Source: Pseudodesulfovibrio piezophilus C1TLV30 (GTDB lineage Bacteria > Desulfobacterota > Desulfovibrionia > Desulfovibrionales > Desulfovibrionaceae). Taken from it: DNA of 32,000 nucleotides. A model generated the notes under the pieces. It had not been told where the DNA came from and searched no databases. It was given only the letters and a program-made list of their open reading frames with translations. How positions within the stretch are numbered: the stretch's first letter is position 1; each line of letters opens with the position of its first letter. The translations under genes and the position numbers were made by a program. This document shows positions 25,743 through 32,000 of this stretch, piece by piece. The stretch is from the NCBI RefSeq assembly GCF_000341895.1, contig NC_020409.1, positions 3,614,099 to 3,646,098 of the forward strand. The letters run 5' to 3'.

Positions 25743-25769
25743 TCATCGTCTTCTCTGAAGAAAACTTTA
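25743..25769 (-). promoter_or_regulatory. Sigma28 (FliA) promoter of the flagellin gene
   Basis: Minus strand reads TAAAGTTT-N11-GACGATGA, against the enterobacterial consensus TAAAGTTT-N11-GCCGATAA (8/8 and 6/8 matches, correct spacing). It lies about 90 nt upstream of the flagellin ATG. Confidence 0.6.
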
Positions 25770-25846
25770 GGTCTTGTGAACGATTTTTTATATTCATGAA
25801 ATAAAAGGGGGATACGTCGCATTAAACTTAAGAATAGAAAGAGAAG

Positions 25847-25887
25847 AGCCGGTCAGATCAGTACTTTTACGCATGATCAGGCCGGCT
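25847..25887 (-). terminator. Terminator-like hairpin after the CgeB-like glycosyltransferase gene
   Basis: AGCCGGTCAGATCA (25847-25860) pairs with TGATCAGGCCGGCT (25874-25887): 14 bp with one mismatch and one G-U. On the minus strand it is followed by a CT-rich run (CTTCTCTTTCTATTC). Confidence 0.5.
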
Positions 25888-25919
25888 CCTTTCTTGATTT
25901 GAGGGTAAAAGAGAGTTGC

Positions 25920-27632
<1,713 letters not shown>

Positions 27633-27691
27633 TTATGGTATAGCGGCCACTTTCCGCAAGGAGGCTTCTTTCTCTATATATTATGTAATGG

Positions 27692-27725
27692 CAAGACCGC
27701 ACCCATTTGAAGGGGCGCGGTCTTG
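27692..27725. other. Stable hairpin downstream of the AsmA-like gene (weak terminator candidate)
   Basis: CAAGACCGC-ACCC ... GGGGCGCGGTCTTG, a near-perfect 13-bp stem with one bulge. There is no clear T-tract on the minus strand and a modest one on the plus strand (TTGAGGTCTTTATTC). Confidence 0.35.
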
Positions 27726-27759
27726 TTGAGGTCTTTATTCGAGAGGGGGAGGGGGCAGC

Positions 27760-28530
27760 TTAATCTCCAAACAGCCCTTTGACAGCTTTCCCGATAGAGT
27801 CCGTTCCGCCAGTCACTCCTTCAACCGCGTTGTTAAGTTGTTTTTTCAACTCTTTTCCAACATTGCTGACTGTACCGGAGATGTCTCCTGTCATTTCCTT
27901 GAGAACTATGGAAAACGCTTCGGCCGGAGACGTTTTGCTTTCCTTGCCTATGTCTTTCAGATGAATGTCGGGAAGGTCAATTCCCATGCCGCCCTCTCCG
28001 AATATTTTCATGAGTGACCCACCAAGATTGATCGTGCCATTCTTGACAATAAAATTGTTGATTTGGATATTCTTTTCTGAGCCGGACTCATCGGATGCTT
28101 CAGTATTCTTGGTCGCTTTTTGGTCACTCGCAATAGCTTGGTTGATATTGTTCAGGATAGTCTGGAAATTGTCAGTCTTCCCTTTTTGTTCATAGCTGAT
28201 GACTGGAGCATCAATATATATCTCATCAATAATAATGGTATCCGAAGTCAATGATCCCTTGTCCACCTTAACTCTGATCGTATCGCATTCAATCGCACTG
28301 GGCATGGTGAACCCTTTGGGGTTGCCAAGGAGGAATCCACTGAGGGAGCCTGAGCCAGAAAGGATTGATATGTCGGCAGAATCGAGTTTGACGGCTGTCT
28401 TGGTCATTGCCGGTCCATATTCTTCTGTCGCGGTTTTGATGAGTGTGCCGAGATTGAGCACTGCCAGAACGATGATGGCAATGATACCCAATATTATAGC
28501 TCCTCCACCAATAAAGATATATTTTTTCAT
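27760..28530 (-). CDS. Membrane-anchored AsmA-like (DUF748-like) protein, 256 aa
   Basis: The ORF-track start at 28590 is TTG. ATG 28530 follows AAAGGAGCTTAC. There is a single N-terminal TM (IFIGGGAIILGIIAIIVLAVL). After it comes a beta-rich repeat-like sequence (VKLDSADISILSGSGSLSGFLLGNPKGF...IRVKVDKGSL...IIIDEIYIDAPVISYEQ) resembling the N-terminal region of AsmA-family proteins. The family call is tentative. Confidence 0.5.
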   Translation of the reverse strand: MKKYIFIGGGAIILGIIAIIVLAVLNLGTLIKTATEEYGPAMTKTAVKLDSADISILSGSGSLSGFLLGNPKGFTMPSAIECDTIRVKVDKGSLTSDTIIIDEIYIDAPVISYEQKGKTDNFQTILNNINQAIASDQKATKNTEASDESGSEKNIQINNFIVKNGTINLGGSLMKIFGEGGMGIDLPDIHLKDIGKESKTSPAEAFSIVLKEMTGDISGTVSNVGKELKKQLNNAVEGVTGGTDSIGKAVKGLFGD

Positions 28531-28612
28531 GTAAGCTCCTTTTGAAAATTGATTCAACGAAATCGTAAATGAGTTATTGTATGAGCGCAACCGGCACTTT
28601 GTAAAAAAGTGG

Positions 28613-29587
28613 TTAGGAAAGATCTGGGAAAGGTGGACTTGAGAAGTGGATCATTTGGTTCGTGGGGATGGAAGCGAAACCTGTATCAAGCGATGGGCCT
28701 CGGGGTTGTGGTGGAGAGGGAGCACCGTCAAAGACGGTAGCTTCGAGATTCAGGCAGAACTCGCCTGCAAGGTCAGCCGCTTCATTCATCATTTGGGTAA
28801 GGGTCGTGCTTTTTTTCTTCCCTGTCACAGGATGGGAAAAGTCAATTTCTCCAGCTAGAAATGGCCCTTGCTCCAAGAGCTGCGGTGCATAAAATAGGGA
28901 TATTATCTCTTTTAATACCGCTGGGCTATAGGGTTTGATCCCGTAGGTTGTTCGTGCGATCCATCCTGTGGTGGTCAGGGTCTGTAGGGTGCTGAAAATA
29001 CTCCAAGCCGTGCCAAGCTGCTCCATGACATTCGCGGATGGCATTTTGGCCATGTCGGCAATCCCATGTACAGGAAGTCCTTTTGAAATCAGTTTGTTGC
29101 ACTTTTTCAGTTGGTTTTTGATGCAATAGGTCGGGTGTTTGATTTTTTGAGGACATACGACCATGTCCATAAGTGATTCAAGAGCTCTATGGCGCTGCCT
29201 GGCTATGCTCTTGCTGGAAGGAGATTGATCGTAATAATTGCCTGTGAAGTACCAGACAAAGGGATGCATGATGGTATCGGCGAAGAGATGTGAGACCATA
29301 CCGACCAGCACTGATATTGGGAGGGCGGTTGACTTGACCGACTGAATCTGTTGGAGCTGCATCGTGACTATGTGAAAGGTATCCTGACCATCGACTCCAT
29401 GGAGTTGATGGGAAAGAGCCTCCAGGCGTTTCCCTCCGGGCATGACTGCATAAAAAAGGGCGTCATGAAATATGGAGCCGAGAAGCAGGCCATTGGGTTC
29501 CTGAGCGATGCAAGCAGCGTATTGAGAGTCTTCCAGCCTGGCTGCGGTGAGTTCCGCGATGGAAAAATGTATTAATTCTTTAGGCAT
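28613..29587 (-). CDS. Hypothetical protein, possibly zinc-dependent phospholipase C-like fold
   Basis: 324 aa with a good RBS (GGAG 7 nt upstream) and no signal peptide. His/Asp-rich helical motifs (HFSIAE, LLLGSIFHDALFY, SHQLHGVDGQDTF, VSHLFADTIMHPF) resemble the PLC/P1-nuclease-type metal sites. This rests on pattern recognition only. Confidence 0.4.
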   Translation of the reverse strand: MPKELIHFSIAELTAARLEDSQYAACIAQEPNGLLLGSIFHDALFYAVMPGGKRLEALSHQLHGVDGQDTFHIVTMQLQQIQSVKSTALPISVLVGMVSHLFADTIMHPFVWYFTGNYYDQSPSSKSIARQRHRALESLMDMVVCPQKIKHPTYCIKNQLKKCNKLISKGLPVHGIADMAKMPSANVMEQLGTAWSIFSTLQTLTTTGWIARTTYGIKPYSPAVLKEIISLFYAPQLLEQGPFLAGEIDFSHPVTGKKKSTTLTQMMNEAADLAGEFCLNLEATVFDGAPSPPQPRGPSLDTGFASIPTNQMIHFSSPPFPDLS

Positions 29588-29675
29588 GGCTCACTCCAGA
29601 TTCTGTTTACAGTCTTGGAATCCTACTTGAGAATATTCATTGTGACTAGAGTGGAAAGTATGAAAAGGATTGATA

Positions 29676-30203
29676 ATGACGAAATTTTTGATAAATGAGC
29701 AATACGATGTCGAGGAACCCGATGTCTCCAAGGCCTTTGGTCAAGGGGAAAAGCGGGCAGATTATGCGGACGCCTGGAAAGATACGGGGAATATAGTGCT
29801 TATCGGTCTCGCTGGTAGCGGCAAGAGAGCACTCTCTCTTTTGTTGAATCAAGAGATTGGATTGCCTGTTGTAGTTCCAGAAAATTCCGCCGAGGCAAAA
29901 AGGAGTCTCGACGGAACTCGACAGATTGTGGTGCTCGACGACGCTCTGGTGGAAGACCTTGCTATACAACCGTATATTCATGGGGCAGGAAAGGTTTTCT
30001 ATCTCATGACTGATTCAAATACAGTCTCCGAGCGGTTGGCGATTGGCCGGAGCGGATGCGACAAGCAGGAGCTGTGGGAGAAATCTTCTGCCCGCTTGGC
30101 GCTTATGGAGCCGGTCTTTTACAGTGTCCTGCATTTTATTCTTCCGGCGGGAAATTCCCCGGAAGAGATCCTCGGTGATGCTTTGGAGAAGATTGCCTAT
30201 TGA
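29676..30203 (+). CDS. Shikimate-kinase-like P-loop protein with degenerate motifs
   Basis: NIVLIGLAGSGKRALSLLL resembles the AroK Walker A (GxxGxGK[ST]), but Arg replaces Ser/Thr. The overall length and C-terminal pattern (VFYLMTDSNTVSERL...PEEI) are AroK-like. The ORF-track start at 29670 is TTG; ATG 29676 follows AAAGGATTGATA. Confidence 0.5.
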   Translation: MTKFLINEQYDVEEPDVSKAFGQGEKRADYADAWKDTGNIVLIGLAGSGKRALSLLLNQEIGLPVVVPENSAEAKRSLDGTRQIVVLDDALVEDLAIQPYIHGAGKVFYLMTDSNTVSERLAIGRSGCDKQELWEKSSARLALMEPVFYSVLHFILPAGNSPEEILGDALEKIAY

Positions 30204-30652
30204 GATTTCAGGGCATTCTTATGACGGTCTATCTCCAGATCAAGAGACCTGAGAGTTATACGTATGTCCTGAAGCAGGAAAAGCAGGCTCGCAATAAGGC
30301 TGACCAAGGAACCTCCGAAGAGTATCTGGATCAGTATGTGTAATTTGATACTCAAAAGCAGGCTCGCATACAGGAGCAGGGTGACTCCCCCAACACAAAC
30401 AATTGCCAGGATTGACAGGGCGATAGATGTGCGAAGCAGTGCGCACCGTTTCCTGAGCAAGGTTATCTGCGTCAGGAGGGACTGCTTGTCTGATTCCTTG
30501 GCGGTTCCCAGTTCGACCAGCAGTCGACGGATTATGTCCGTTGGTCTGGCAATGCGGTTGGTCATTGAAAGCAATAACAGGCCGATGCCCGAAATCAGGA
30601 CAAAGGGTGCAATAGACGCTTGAAGTATTGTGACGAGGTGTGTTGTTTCCAT
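30197..30652 (-). CDS. DUF2721-family membrane protein (151 aa)
   Basis: The long ORF from ATG 30805 overlaps thyX. The internal ATG 30652 follows GGGAGA and yields METTHLVTILQASIAPFVLISGIGLLLLSMTNRIARPTDIIRRL..., the DUF2721 pattern with 3 TM helices. Its stop overlaps the convergent SK-like gene by 7 nt. Confidence 0.6.
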   Translation of the reverse strand: METTHLVTILQASIAPFVLISGIGLLLLSMTNRIARPTDIIRRLLVELGTAKESDKQSLLTQITLLRKRCALLRTSIALSILAIVCVGGVTLLLYASLLLSIKLHILIQILFGGSLVSLIASLLFLLQDIRITLRSLDLEIDRHKNALKSQ

Positions 30653-30767
30653 GGCAGGTCTTTCTCCCTTTTGGACACGGGAGTCAAGGGTTAGATGACA
30701 TGTCTCACGCTTTGCGTTACAGAGTGACCCGAGTTTGAAACGAAGACTATCGAAGGGAGTTTTATAG

Positions 30768-31499
30768 ATGCCGGAGAAGAAGCTCAGGGTTGAATTCATG
30801 GCCATGACGCCGGATGCGCTTTCGCTTATCTACGCCGCTTTCAGGCAGTGTTATCATGCCGGATTTGTCGCTGACATGTGGCCCAAGCTGCTTTCGGGCG
30901 AAATTGATCCGCAAGTGCAGGCTGATTTTGTCAGCAAGACCATGGAATCCGGACATGATAGCCCTATAGAACATGTTTCCATGACATTTGCAGTTGAAGG
31001 GATATCTCGGGCATGTTCGCATCAGATCGTGCGTCATCGCATCGCTTCATATTCACAGCAGAGTCAGCGCTATGTTGCCGAAAACGATATGGAATTCATA
31101 GTGCCGCCAGCCATTGCCAAGATTCCAGAAGCAAAGGAGCGTTTTGAGCGCTTTATGGCGGAAGTGCAATCCGCCTATGGTGATCTGAGGCAGATACTTA
31201 TTGATAATGGACGAAAATCCAAGGCCAATGAGGATGCGAGGTTTGTTTTGCCGCAAGCAGCGGAGACCAAGATTGTGATAACCATGAATTGTCGTTCGCT
31301 GAATCATTTTTTCAATTTACGGTGTTGTCAGAGAGCACAGTGGGAAGTTCGCGACCTGGCTGACGCACTCCTTAAAGTTTGCAAAGAAAAGCTTCCCGCC
31401 ATCTTTGCCAATGGTGGGGCTCGCTGCCAACAGCTTGGTTATTGCCCGGAATCGCCAAAATTTGCCTGCGGGAAGTACCCGACTCGAGAAAAAAACTGA
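30768..31499 (+). CDS. thyX: FAD-dependent thymidylate synthase ThyX
   Basis: 243 aa containing the ThyX signature RHRIASYSQQSQRY (RHRxxSxxxxSxR). GGAG lies 9 nt upstream of the ATG. Confidence 0.9.
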   Translation: MPEKKLRVEFMAMTPDALSLIYAAFRQCYHAGFVADMWPKLLSGEIDPQVQADFVSKTMESGHDSPIEHVSMTFAVEGISRACSHQIVRHRIASYSQQSQRYVAENDMEFIVPPAIAKIPEAKERFERFMAEVQSAYGDLRQILIDNGRKSKANEDARFVLPQAAETKIVITMNCRSLNHFFNLRCCQRAQWEVRDLADALLKVCKEKLPAIFANGGARCQQLGYCPESPKFACGKYPTREKN

Positions 31500-32000
31500 T
31501 TTTTTCTTTTCACCAGAGCTGAAATTTCTTCTTCGGCTGGAAGCCGCGAAACGCTTGGCAAAAAACTGTCAAGCGTTTTTTTGCCGTCTTTTCAGCCTGT
31601 TCTCGGTGTTCATAACGATTATTGAGATGGGAGGCCTTGTGAATCAAGGAGATAGAGGCATTGGCGGGGTTCTGCTAAAATAGATATTTTGAGTTAAGAA
31701 TGACTCTTGTTTAAAATATACTTATAAAAACAGTATGTTGTAAGAGATATATATTTTGTGAGAAAATATATGCCAGTCGGCTTCTGGTAGAGAAAATTAT
31801 TTTTCAAAAAGAAAATAACCATGAAAATGAGTAAATCGGCGATATGGTGTTTTTATACTGTTGAAAAAGTATTTAACAGGTGTTTAAAAATAAGCTTTCT
31901 AGAAATACTCAAGGGCGGGAAAACCCTTGTAACACCTCTGTTTCATCGGATGCGGGCCGGGAAGTGCCTTGTTTCGGGTGTTTCTGATTTTAGTAAATAA

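Noticed and set aside
31405-31683. 92-aa plus-strand ORF overlapping the thyX 3' end, and the 59-codon ORF at 31821-32000 in the AT-rich tail.
   Set aside because: The first overlaps thyX in another frame and continues through terminator-like hairpins. The second has no SD and a composition-driven sequence, and it ends exactly at the window edge. Neither can be supported as a gene.

Overview
This window reads as densely coding chromosomal DNA, probably from a flagellated Desulfovibrionales-type anaerobe. That origin is an inference from the alternative (siroheme-dependent) heme genes ahbC-hemB-ahbD-ahbA/B, a short PutA and sigma54/sigma28 flagellar promoters. I support 31 protein genes, and every gene from 9.1 to 29.6 kb lies on the minus strand. 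I found no rRNA, tRNA, CRISPR array, IS element, integrase or obvious defence gene.

Gene content from left to right:
- 1-0.9 kb: a partial EamA/DMT transporter and a small zinc-ribbon protein.
- 1.0-5.3 kb: yjgA, then an Mla/Pqi-like lipid ABC system (STAS-fused MlaE permease, ATPase, long MlaD/MCE protein, PqiC-like lipoprotein).
- 5.4-9.0 kb: an Lrp-family regulator followed by bifunctional PutA.
- 9.1-12.3 kb: a GNAT acetyltransferase, a Uup-like ABC-F ATPase and rpe.
- 12.5-16.9 kb: the ahb/hemB heme cluster with a trailing small membrane protein.
- 17.1-19.8 kb: an OmpA-domain lipoprotein, a 110-aa protein and a zinc-ribbon/Yip1 membrane protein.
- 19.9-27.6 kb: a flagellar filament locus (flagellin, fliD, fliS) bracketed by three glycosyltransferase-type genes.
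- 27.8-31.5 kb: an AsmA-like protein, a phospholipase-C-like protein, a degenerate shikimate-kinase-like P-loop protein, a DUF2721 protein and thyX.
- 31.5-32.0 kb: a conspicuously AT-rich, ORF-poor tail.

The ORF track translates GTG/TTG as M, so several listed ORFs are N-terminally over-extended. I re-set those starts using RBS, promoter and terminator positions.

The most interesting material is the putative flagellin-modification island and its regulatory signals. Next come lineage-specific extensions on AhbD (His/Gly/Pro-rich N-tail) and FliS (Pro/Gln-rich C-tail), structured RNA signals inside the ahb cluster and in front of uup, and two small clusters of poorly characterised envelope proteins. 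I see no clear evidence of a wholly new system; all functional proposals below are hypotheses that need profile searches or experiments.
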